A stretch of DNA of 61,447 bases, counting the filler, from Sphacelaria rigidula (taxonomy: Eukaryota): assembly GCA_964200075.2 (NCBI GenBank). It is 8 parts of 8 records of this genome, joined end to end, with 100 filler letters (N's around TTAATTAATTAA, not from the genome) between each part and the next. Parts side by side here need not be neighbours in the genome. Positions count along the whole stretch, not along the records: positions 7,695 to 15,288 come from CAXNAA020014184.1; positions 15,389 to 22,982 come from CAXNAA020014185.1; 6 more parts are not named here. One strand, 5' to 3'. Position numbers and translations under genes: made by a program. Shown here one piece after another: positions 10,307 through 21,600 of this stretch; the first letter of the stretch is position 1, and the number at the start of each line of letters is the position of its first letter. The notes under the pieces were generated by a model. It made no database searches and had not been told where the DNA came from. It was given only the letters and a program-made list of their open reading frames with translations.

Positions 10307-12727
10307 TCAAGTCGCCCGCTGCGTATCATCGCAGCGAAGCCCCCGCTCTCTCTCGACATCCCCAGCGCTGCGAAACAGCACACCCACCTCCCCGAGCCTC
10401 GTGTCGTCGTGCACGCATCCGGCCAGCTCCCGCAACGTGCAGGCGACTTTTGCGTCCGGCTCTGATCCCTCATTGAGTCGGCGCTGGATCTCTAGTGACC
10501 GGCGGAGCAACTCCTGGGCTTCTGCCCATCTGCCCAACTCTCGCACGCACACGCCAAGCGAATGAAGGGCGTTTGCTTCCAGCCGAGAAGGTTTCATCTT
10601 GGTCTGCTCGTAGATGTTCAGCGCGCGTCGGAACAGCGGCTCGGCTAGCTCCGGCCGCTTGGCGTCGAGCTCGCAGATCGCCAGGAAACTGAGGGTTGAC
10701 GCCTCCTCGAGGCTGTTATTCCCGCGTCTCATCTTAATTATATCGATCGCCCTGTGAAAATAGCGGTTCGCCTCTTCTTGCCGCTCCGGACAGCGGTGCT
10801 GCAGACAGAGCGCCAGCCCCTGTAGGGTAGCCCCGACCTGTGCGTGGTACTTGCCAAGCGTGGCCTCGTGCGTCTTCAACGCTCGCCTGAACCATACCTC
10901 AGCCTCTTCTATCCGCGCGGCCGTGAGGTGCAGCGAGCCGAGGGTGTGGAGAGCAAGAGACTCCTCTAGTCCTCCCGTCCTCACGCAGTCTTCCCAGTAC
11001 TTCGCAGCGGTATCCACGAGTGCGATCATCCGAGTCCGGAGACGCTGCGCTTCTCGTCGCTGTCCGCGACTAGCAGCGATGACCACCCGCCAGCACAGTG
11101 CATTCGCGACGACTAGGGGGTTAGCGTTCGGCAGAGCGTCGTTGCGCGCCATGACCTTGAGCATCAGGTCTTCCGCCCCGTCGAGGTCTCCTTCGACCTG
11201 GTACAGCGATGCGAGCACCTTGATGGAGGCAAAGTAGGCTGGGTCTGCGGGATCCATCTCGGCCACTGCCTTGTCGTAAGGGCGCGACACGCGCCAGCCT
11301 TCGCCCCCCATGTCCTCGAGCGCCTTCCACAGCTCCAACAATACCAGTAAGTCCACGGAACGCAGGGCATCCAGAGACGACAGGTGATTGCGCCAGCGCA
11401 ATAGCGCATTTTTGTGCACTGTTCCTTTCTCGCGAAGGGTCGTCTTTGCAAACTCGCGGAGGGCGTCGTGCATCCGGTACAGGCCCGCCCCGTCAACCCT
11501 GACGATGGCCCAGCGTTCCAGTGTCCGAACGACGTCTTCCGCCGTTTCCAGATCCATGCTATTGTACTCGTGCCCATACAGTAGAATCGCCGCCTCGTAA
11601 GCTGCGAACGCGTGCGTGTCTGGCATCACCGCGAGGGCTAGGTAGAGCTTGCTGTGCATGGCGTCCGAGGCGAGACAGTCGAACCCGGCGCGGAGGATGG
11701 CGTTGTGCCTGTCAGCGACGAGGTCCTCGCCGTCGAGGTCCTCGTCCTCACCCGCTTTCTGCTCGGCAACCAGCGTCCCGCAGTTCCTGTCAATAGCGTC
11801 TAGCGCTTGCTTCCATACCCTCTCGTCCTTCCTACCCTTCAGGTACTGCCACTTTGCCACGTAGCCGACGTACATCGCGCGGTAATTGCAGCGCTCCATG
11901 ATGTCATATGCTGACTGCGGCAAGCGTTCGTTCGAGCGAAGTTTCGCCGCGCCCCGCAGCGCCGCCTCAGCCTCGGGTATGGACAGTTTTTCCACCCCCA
12001 CGGATTTGCACCCGCCTCCTGCTCCTTCGACCAGCTCGCGGAAGCGCGTCGTCATGAGCACACGCATACCCGTGTACCGGAGCTGCTCGACGACCTCTGG
12101 CTCGTAAACGTCGTCCGCAACGAGCAGACAGCGGTAACCCTTGCCGTTGTTGCCGGAGGTGATCCTGTTGCGGATATACGCCGTGGTGGCGGTACCCCCC
12201 TCTTGGTTCGTCGGTATTTTGCCGGATCCGCAGTTGGCCGCGTCACCAACGTCCTCATCTACCATTCTCGCCAGCTGCAGCATCAGGGGGGGCAAGTTAC
12301 GCTTCGAGCCAGCTCCCCTGCCCACCCGCAGCCATAGCACGCCGTCGCGAAAGTGCTTCCGGATCTTCTCCAACCGCTCGCACGCATCCGCGTGCGACTC
12401 ACCTTCACGAGGAAGTACCTTCCCCATCTTGTCGCCGACTATCGCGGCGGCTGCCGTGGTCTTGCCCGATCCACTCTGTCCCACGATTCCGACCATCCAC
12501 GGCCCCTCGGGATCGAATAGGTTCTCGCGCACGGCGTCCACGACGTTATTTCGAGCCACGTGCCAGTCTGCGGTCACGGGTGCACCTTGGGGGGCCGGCG
12601 CGATTTTTTCGAGAGTGGGGGAGCGCATACTCGTTTGCAACCTGAGGATCTCTACCATCTCCTCGAGAGAAGCCTGAACGTAGCCTTGCTCCCTGCGGTT
12701 ATCATCAAGGAGCTGAAGAATATAGCC
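10307..12727 (-). CDS. Terminal ~2.4 kb exon encoding NB-ARC and TPR domains
   Basis: 783-aa ORF with P-loop GQSGSGKT, RNBS-A FRDGVLWLRVG, Walker B CLLVADDV, RNBS-B VLMTTR and MHD (LYRMHDALREFA), followed by kinesin-light-chain-type TPRs (e.g. ALHSLGVCVRELGRWAEAQELLRRSLEI). Confidence 0.92.
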   Translation of the reverse strand, partial: GYILQLLDDNRREQGYVQASLEEMVEILRLQTSMRSPTLEKIAPAPQGAPVTADWHVARNNVVDAVRENLFDPEGPWMVGIVGQSGSGKTTAAAAIVGDKMGKVLPREGESHADACERLEKIRKHFRDGVLWLRVGRGAGSKRNLPPLMLQLARMVDEDVGDAANCGSGKIPTNQEGGTATTAYIRNRITSGNNGKGYRCLLVADDVYEPEVVEQLRYTGMRVLMTTRFRELVEGAGGGCKSVGVEKLSIPEAEAALRGAAKLRSNERLPQSAYDIMERCNYRAMYVGYVAKWQYLKGRKDERVWKQALDAIDRNCGTLVAEQKAGEDEDLDGEDLVADRHNAILRAGFDCLASDAMHSKLYLALAVMPDTHAFAAYEAAILLYGHEYNSMDLETAEDVVRTLERWAIVRVDGAGLYRMHDALREFAKTTLREKGTVHKNALLRWRNHLSSLDALRSVDLLVLLELWKALEDMGGEGWRVSRPYDKAVAEMDPADPAYFASIKVLASLYQVEGDLDGAEDLMLKVMARNDALPNANPLVVANALCWRVVIAASRGQRREAQRLRTRMIALVDTAAKYWEDCVRTGGLEESLALHTLGSLHLTAARIEEAEVWFRRALKTHEATLGKYHAQVGATLQGLALCLQHRCPERQEEANRYFHRAIDIIKMRRGNNSLEEASTLSFLAICELDAKRPELAEPLFRRALNIYEQTKMKPSRLEANALHSLGVCVRELGRWAEAQELLRRSLEIQRRLNEGSEPDAKVACTLRELAGCVHDDTRLGEVGVLFRSAGDVERERGLRCDDTQRAT

Positions 12728-13699
12728 CTGATGAGGTCAACCGGACAGGCGACGGGGGGAAGAAGGGCCCCCCTCTTTCATTGTTGGAGAAGTGGAGGGT
12801 TTGTGTAAATCTCGTGTATAAGTAAAACGCTTCACCACCTCTTTGGGATGTGTAATTGAGGCGCACACGTTTTACAGGACCGGGGTGATTGACTGTGAGC
12901 CCGGCTCGAAGTACGTCAATCCGCCGCACCAAAGGGTTTCGACTGAAGTGCGTTTTTTTGGGGCGCTCAAGATATGCCAACGCGCCGCAGATTTGCGCTC
13001 AGGAATCTACCCTGAAGTAAGGAGACGACGTGTAACTTGCATATTTCCTGGCAGTGCTAAGCGATACCAAGTCACACACAATGTGATGCACATGCCCTGC
13101 TGAGAGAAACTGCTGAACCGTTGATTGGAATAAATCAAGAGGGTGTTTACAGCGATTCCTAGCAGATAGTTGAAACATAATGGCACATGAAATACGTATC
13201 GCGTTCGCACGGGTGCTCACAACATTACTCTAGGGAGCTGACGATAGGGAGCAGAATTACGGGCAAAAGGAAAGCCCGAGCGCGACAGACAAGGGAACTC
13301 GCGAGCGACCAAGTACAATGATCAGAGCACCTGTTACCTCCGTATCCAATATTTTGCATTTAGTTCATTGCGCAGACAGCTCTCCCCCCTCCTGTCCCTC
13401 TCTCGTAAGTTTGCGACCTAACAAACTCACCAGTTGTGTCTGTTGGCCCGAGAGGCGGGTCTGTACACAAAGTCGCAACTCTTCCACTTGCTCCGACACC
13501 TTCATAGAGGCTCCGAGGTTGAGGGTTCGTACCAAATGGTTGATTTTTTTGTTCATCACCTGGGTTAAAAACAAAATCGGGGGGATCCATGTGAAGGTCA
13601 CATTTCTCGCTGTATGTCGACCTCATCACCACGTCTCTTGCAGTCGATCGAAGAGAGGATTCTATCTTGAGATTATTTCAGCACATCCCAAAATTGCAC

Positions 13700-13770
<71 letters not shown>

Positions 13771-15120
13771 TTTGATTTGATTTTTGATTCGACCGTCGCA
13801 CTTTAACTGACCCCCCAGGGATCTAGCCGTGGTCGCATGATGGACGTGCCCAAGAAAAACCCAAACTCAAATACTCGCTCAAGAAAAAGGAGGGACAGAA
13901 TGATAGAGTAGACTAAGACGTGAACAAAAGAGTACAAAGCGAAGCACAGAAAGAAATGGCCGATCTGAAACCAAAAAAGGAAAAGAGAACAAAAAACAAA
14001 CAAACAAAAAAGAAGATGAGTGTGCGACAGGGTTTCTCTGTTCACTCCGACAGCCTACCACGTGTGAACAACCTACACAGGTCGACATAGTTAGGCATAC
14101 GTCCTGAGCGATCACAGGGTCCCACCGCTGACGACAAATCTGCCACGATCTACACGATGACGCCAAGGAGATGCGACCAGAAAATACGGCCGCCGTCGTC
14201 ATGTCCGATTGCAAGTCTCCTCACCTGGATGCGTGCGTGGTCGGACCGAACTAGAAACATCCTGAAGAATACCCCTCGGGCACGATAGCTGTCGGCGAGT
14301 TTTTTCAAGTCTTTCAAGACATTTGTAAGCGGACTAACGTCCACCTGAGCTGCAGAGGTTTGGTATTTGTAGATGATGTGTCCGAGAATCACCAGGTTTC
14401 TGTCCGGTACAAGAGTACGAAACGCATGGCAAAATATCAAATATTCGTCGGGAACAGAGGATGATAGAATCAATGCATCACTGGCGGTAAAGAGAGCTGC
14501 TTGAACAGAGATTAGAGTATCTGTATTTTCTTCCCTTTTCTAGCACCGGAAACAGTCAAGAACAAAAGTAGCGTTCGCGTATGGAAGTGGTCTATACGCG
14601 CACGTGCGGGGCGGCGGCGACGACGCCGATGGCTTCTCAGTGAAAGTCTTTACACGCGTTCAACAGGTGTTCCTAGCGAATGAATTCGGTTTACGTGACA
14701 CATCCAACATGTACTGCTAGTAAACTCAGTGCTGCCCTCCTTTCCCGATATAGGTTTGTCTCGTGTTGTGCTAGACTTAGCTTGTGCCCCTGCCCCCTGC
14801 CCCCTGCCCCCTAGCTCACGGACGCTCACTCAATACGCTAAAACAGTCACGAAATTACACCGGGACGCACCGTTCCACGAGTTCCGCGAGCTCTGCCTTG
14901 TTCCGACTCGCCGCCCGCACGGCTTCCACTGCAGGCTTAAAAGCCATCACGACGGGGGCGAGGAGCGGAATCGCTTCGCCAACACCCGAGAGCCAATCAA
15001 AAACTGCACTGATAATCTCCTTCGCAGGTAGGCGGCCCTCGTCTACGAACTCCTCCACCACGTAGCGAGTTTCTTCCACGAGTGCAGCAGCGAAAGACCT
15101 TTCCGATCTTCGGCTGCTGC
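10307..15120 (-). CDS. NLR-like protein: MLKL/HeLo-like N-terminal helical domain + NB-ARC + TPR repeats (5' end unresolved near contig end)
   Basis: Phase-consistent exons: ~15120(?)-14871 (donor GTGCGT, phase 2), 14399-14225 (CAG/GTGAGG), 13559-13431 (CAG/GTGAGT), and 12727 or 12712 to 10307. NB-ARC motifs and TPRs lie in the last exon. Confidence 0.85.
13701..13769. repeat. (AGT)23 microsatellite in an NLR intron
   Basis: Perfect trinucleotide run abutting the AATC-tail repeat at 13770. Confidence 0.97.
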
Positions 15121-15648
15121 TCCTCCCAACCTCGGAATGGGTGGTACACAGCGTCGTTATGGTTGTACTGTCCAGGCCGTGCGTACACGTGCGACGGGGG
15201 GGGGGGGGGGGCGGGTTGTGGTGTGGGGGTCTTGTGGGGTTGGAAGTGGGGGAATGGAGCGTTTTGGGGAGGGGGGAGGGGGGGGGGGNNNNNNNNNNNN
15301 NNNNNNNNNNNNNNNNNNNNNNNNNNNNNNNNTTAATTAATTAANNNNNNNNNNNNNNNNNNNNNNNNNNNNNNNNNNNNNNNNNNNNTTTTTTGATCTT
15401 TGCCCCCCACTCTTTGTCGGGAGGGCGCCCGGGAGGGGGGGGGGGGGGGGGTTCAGAGTGCGACAAAAAATAAATTAAAAAAAAATCAAATTGGGTAGTG
15501 ATATGCATCTCTCTTTATCGTGAATGAGTTATGCCATTCCCCCTACAACACAAATGTTTCACGCTCGACCTTGTGAGTGACGACTCCCGCCCCTCCTCTC
15601 CTCCCACCATTCTCTCCCCGAATTCTCGATGCCGTGCCATCCTCCAAG

Positions 15649-18600
15649 ATATTCGACTATTTTGCAGAAGATTGAACCGCTTGAAGAGGAGTTGCAAGAG
15701 GCAGTAGCTGCTCTGGAGAAATCACAGGACAGGTGACGCCTGTCCGTCACAAGGACGTTGATTCCGTACCTTTTCCCCTTCGTGCTATCAAGGGCGTGCC
15801 TTGATTGTTACGCCGTGGATAATCTTAGATCGTAGGCGACAGAGCCATAAGCCTCGCCTGCGGCTGCTTCACCCTTTTTGTCATCAACCATCGTCAGCAT
15901 GCTATCCAGAATATGATGCACACTAAACGTTTTTCGTACAAGGCTCTTGTATTGGTAGACTAGCCCCGAAGGATATGAAGCGGCCTGCCACTGCAAGGTA
16001 GCTTTTGCTTCCCTTATACTCGGTACGTCAAAGTACGACAACACGTATTGACATTCAGATTGCCACGGTTGAAGTTTATGTTTTGCCCTGGGTTCCAGCG
16101 TATACACAGACATGTTTTGCCGTCAAACATTTCCCTCAGGCAAGTAACACACAAACACACACACACACACAAGTCCTTGCGATACCTTCAGGCTGACGCA
16201 ATGCGAAGACGAGCTTGCCGCGATTGACCGGAGGGCGGGGCAGCTGAAAGATGAATTTTCGCAAAGGTGAACAAGAGTCATTCTCTCCGAGACAAACGCG
16301 TCGCTCCACGTCACTATTCGTCCATATCTATCGCAAAATGTGACCTTGACTTCATCGAGCAGCACGATTTCTCGCACTACATAGGCGCAAGAGAGTGTCT
16401 TTGGGCGTGTTCGCGATCAAATGTTCATGCGGGTGCGTCGTAGCTCTTCCTCCTCTTCCGTCAGGGCGTACCGTTTGCGCCATGGTAGTCCAGCATGTTG
16501 TCTATTCATCTTGCTGGGATTTCGCGGAGCTCACGAAATGCGCCGCATGTTTTGCAGCGCACAGTTTCGGCTGCTGCTCCGTAGATGGAAGAATATCGAG
16601 TTGCTTGGTCGACAAGCTGGCCCCGTAGCAAAGCTACGGTGTTCATCGTTAGAGACACAACTTAATGGTTCGCAACATCCCTGATGAAGCCCGGGTGTGC
16701 TGTATCCTGGCGCAGTGAACATGCCTGTACGTTCCGTGGATGTTTATCGTCGAACTGTGCGCGTAGACCATGAATCATTCATTCGTGATAGGTTTCAACA
16801 GTCTTGAGTCTCAGCTCTTGTTTTCCTCTCACAGAGGAGAAGGCAAGAACAGTTTTCCTGCGCTGGTACGTTGGATAGACGCAGAGAATCCATCAAGCGA
16901 AATATGTTGGTGCTTCCGTTGCGGATTCACTGCCAAGCTGTATCTTCCCAATCTAGAATCCATCTTATTTCATCGGTCTACTGAATGAAGGAGAGGCTTT
17001 TTTAACTTACAGAGACACTACTACAGAAAGACACAATTCGTGTATCCCGACAACGTCTCGAGCGTTCACCCTGCCCTCCCCCAGCCCCCCTGCCCACCTT
17101 CTCCCGCCCCTCGCGACATTCGCCGCCGTCCGCATTTTTTTGTACAGAACTAGGGAAGCCGAAACACTACGGGCGGGTCTGGATCGTGCTCAGGGAATAC
17201 TTACAAAGGCGCAGAGGCTAGTTTCTCAGCTCGGGGGGGAACAAGAGCGATGGCAAGACCAGGAACGTCCTGTTGACGATGCCTAGCGGGCGTGTGCACT
17301 GGACACACTGATGTTTGAGGAGTAGCCCACCTACGCAACACGGGGCCGTCGCTATAATCATTCTCGGCATTGCTGAAACCTTCGTTTAGTGATGGGTAGA
17401 TAGTGGCGCGCGCGGGGGGGGGTTTGAATGTCTGCTACATTTCCTCTGAATCTGTCCCCCGTGTCGGTTTCTAATTAGGAGTATCCTTTGTAGTCCGCGC
17501 TATGAGGGCAACTTTTTTTTCTTCCAAGGGAGCTAGGGTTCTGGGTATGAATGTTGTATAAGCGTGGTATTTGCTTGAAAAGTTCAATGGTTTCGGCCAC
17601 AGCTCGGGTAACGATAGGGGAGGGAATGTGACAATGGGCAACATACTGCTCTGAGTTAGTATGGCAGATACTGAAGGGCAATGAGACCAGCAATTTCCAA
17701 AGGACAAGAAGACGATCGTGTTCTCCGTGTTCTGTAGACGTTTGAGGCCTTACATTCCGTAAACACTCGCTTGCGCTGTCGTTTGAACCAACCAGGCTAT
17801 GTCGCTTTCCGACGACTTGGCGACCTTACCGCTGAAAATGCTCCTAGCGTCAGGCTTCGCGACGTATCTCGTCAGGTGAGTCTACCTATCCTGCAAAAGC
17901 AAAAGAAGGTATGTACACTTTGCAACGCCCCCGAAGCAGTCACCTGAGGGACGCCGTGATGAGTATAAAGCTATGAAAGCGCGTCTGTGTTGGTTGTCTG
18001 CGGTTTTCGCTAGGTTTACTCCCTTCGTTTTATCTTGTTTTTTCGTTCATTTTCTTTGTTTTCTATCTTTACAATTTTTTTTCAGCGATTTTCCCGTGTG
18101 GTTAACCTTATGTACGCCTTGTGGATCATGACCACTGCTGGATCCGTCAGAGATCAGTTCATGTGCGATAATCAATCATTTAGTCGAAGTATTCGCTTTG
18201 GTAACTCGTCAATTTGGCACTGAAAAATCACCAACTAGAAATGCTGGGTATCCAACATCGTCCATCCACAATCGCCTTCTCCGCGCAAGATACGTAGCCC
18301 TGCAATACTGTTCTAGCGCGAAAACAGTACCAAGGTGGGCACTTGACCTCCGCATTCGACAAAAGAGTGGTGTAACAAGGCCGCAAAATCTAACGCCCCG
18401 CTTGCTGCGTCCGTGGTATATCCTTGTAGCTGGACGCGTTTTCTACTCGATGAGACACCGCAGCTATCCCCTTCAACTGATTGATTCATTGATCAATTGT
18501 CGCACATTAATTTGATCCCCGAGGAAGCCAGCCGTGGTCTCTGGACGTACCTAAGGCGAACTAAACCGGAAATGTTTGCTGAAGAAAAGCAAAGAAACGA

Positions 18601-21600
18601 AAAAAACAGGAATGGTTAGGGTTAGGGTTAGGGTTAGGGTTAGGGTTAGGGTTAGGGTTAGGGTTAGGGTTGAGGCATAGATCAATACAACTGTGTACTT
18701 TGGAGCGCCTTCTGGGTATCGTCCCACATCGACAACGGAGCGAGAAACAGGGCAAATGATCTCTTCCCGAGATCCAGTGATACGAAATACAGAGTTTGGT
18801 GCAACATGCAACTGCCATATTTTCAGCCCCGGTGCTTGGCGCCTGCATCCCTAAAATCTGTTTGGCATAGCTACTGGTTCCAAAAACCGCTAATTCTCGT
18901 TCGCAGGCATCCCGAGAGCACACGGAAGGTGACTTTGAAACGTTGGGCTGATTCGCTGGGGCTGCAGTCACCGTTTTCCTTCCGGGGCTTGATGTCGACC
19001 GAGTCTCAACTGCTTGTGTGGAAGGGGGAAGGGCTTCCGGCTGACGATCTGAGTCAGGCAAGCGATACTGTCGTTTTTGGGCGCCGATACTTCGAGAGCG
19101 CGCCTTCAAATAGGTATTCCTGAACAAAAAACGTAATGCACCGCCCCTATGGTTCTCTGATTTTACCTTTCATTCTCTACAACGCAGTAGCGTGGGCACC
19201 GGTTAGTTTAGGGCCTCACATGTTGGTGGGGCAGGGTGTCGAGCTGCGGGCCTACGGCGATACTGGGTTCTTGAAAGGGGGAACAGCAGTGTCCTTTCAT
19301 AAGATGCCTGATGTAGTTAGGAAATCCATTCAATCCCAGTGCCGACACCCTCAACCCCGTTCTTACAGAAAAAAAGACGGATGGCATCAGAGGGATCCGT
19401 GAACCCGTACGGTACAATGGAATTTTGGTCGTACGCAGAGCAACCGTTCTCGATTTTCCGTTTTCTTGCATCCAAATCCTATGATCTTTCGTGATCGACG
19501 TCTGCTCTCTCTGCCTCGATCCTTGGTTGCGACGCAGGAGAATGCCCTGGTACTGGCCAGTGATCCTCGTCGCGTCCCCTTCATCATTGACCCGGCGAAC
19601 GCTTGTACCGCCTGGCTGAAGTCCTTCCTCGCGAAGGTGAAAGAAGGATTCGCCGCATATGTACGCACCAACATATTGGGCTGGCTGCCTTTTCAAAGTC
19701 AATTCCTTCCGAAAACTGCAGCTGCCGCCACACTACATTGTAACAAGCCTGCCTACGTTCACGACAAAGCTGGAAATATCTCGTCGGTGAATCATAGTGT
19801 TTCTCGTCGTGCAAGCTCTCGTTTTCTGGAGGAAAAGCCCTGTGCTGAACTGTTCACCATCAGCAGGTACCACTTTACATTCCCCGTCAGCGACGGAAAT
19901 ATAGGATTGGGGGAATAGGGACAGGCTTTGGGATAAGATCATAATTTTTGTCAAAGCAAGGTTTGGGGCCAGGTTTCGGGTTCGCGGAGCGCACCGCCTT
20001 ATCCGGTCCATATTTTATGGGAGTCCTCGTTGTCGTTTGAACACTATGCTTGCGATCGGAAGACCCTTCCCTGCTGCTAGGATTAAGGTCGCTGCATGTC
20101 GGGAAAATTATACACTGCTACGACGTGGATTTCCTAGGAAGCATCGTGAAAACTGATTCTCTATTTTTTCATAACTCGTACGAATCATGATTGCCCTTTT
20201 GCCTGTGTGGACAAATGCTGCCTAGCTTGCCTGGGAAACCCTTCGGTAGGCCGTCTGGTCATCTCGACCTTTCATGCTATCATCGTGCACAAATGAGGTC
20301 GCTTTTGGCCGCGTGAACGACGCTCACGGGAACCTGTCTCTTTTGCGGTCGTGATGTTCTGAAGCTCGGAGAGTGCGTCGCTGTCGATCTTCCTCCATTA
20401 ACTCGTTTTTGCTGTTTCTTTTTCCTCCGCTGTTTCCTTCTCTCCAAGTAATTTCTCTTCCGCGTAGCTCTACCCCTTACTTGGAGCTCGCTTGCGAAAT
20501 CGCCCGGCCTTCTGCTGCTATCGCATGGCATCGCTGAAATACTCATGACAGTACATACTGTTTAACGTCCACCACCTACTGTAGCATAAATTGTACTTTC
20601 TTCAGCCAAACACCTGATGAGGGAAAACACTTCTAAGTTCCAGCTCACGCAATTCCAGAACAGCAGTTAAACCTGAAGAGCCAATCATGCACGTAAGTAG
20701 GAGGATGAACATTACCAATGTAAGCCATATTATTCAAAGAAGCAACGACTCCGCCGGCCAATATGAAAAAGGAAGCGTCGTCTATTTCTAAGTTCGAAAT
20801 AAAGCGACCGAGATTTAGTTGAATGGATACGTCGGGTCGTTGGCTTTTGCAAACTGTAGAATCGCCTCCATCATCGGCTTACCCTGCATCCTGGCGCACT
20901 GATTGGTTGGAATCGTCTTTGCAGGATGCCAGTCGTCCACTTGAGGTGGTGTCCGCTGCCGATCCACGGTTTTCGTCAAGGGTAGAACTATCTGTCAGGT
21001 ATACCCCAAAACAATGATAATAGCATGATTTTTTTTATTTTTTCCTTTCTGTTTCCTTTTCTTTTTTGCTCTTCCTTCCCTTTTATTTTCCTGTTTTCTT
21101 TCAGATCGGCCATTTCTTTCTGTGCTTTGCTTTTGTCGATTTTTTATTGATTTTTTCAGAACATTTCATGTCTGCACCTCTCTGGGCTCAGTGAAAAAAA
21201 CAGTACCGAGCTACCGTGCAATGAAAAGTGGTGGAGTTCCGAGGTGCCGGGATGCCTCACAGAAGTTATAATGGCAAAAAACAAAAATACAGCCCGAATC
21301 AGGAATCTTGGCGTTTCAATAAATTAGCTACGGTGGCAGCTGACAGTCAGGAAGCCATCATAGTAACGTGTACTGGCGGATGTAAGGAATTGCGCGTGTC
21401 CGGTATACTGAACATACGTGTTCTTGATCCTTACTCAGTTGAGCGCCTCATATACCGGAGGGGTATGGGTTGATTCGTTGAGACTATGCTCTTATCTCGA
21501 GGAAGGACAGGCGAGATAGTGAAACAAAAAAGAGGAAAATTAATGCTACACGTGGTGCATGTTTCCGGGATTTAGCCGTGCTGAAAGAGAAAAGCGAACT

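Noticed and set aside
13318-13806. 162-aa ORF with poly-Val
   Set aside because: Antisense to an NLR exon, and the poly-Val is the translated microsatellite.
18616-18669. True chromosome end
   Set aside because: Only nine units, located inside an intron between in-phase exons.
18561-19127. 188-aa ORF with (NP)n
   Set aside because: Antisense to a dynein exon plus translated telomeric repeat.
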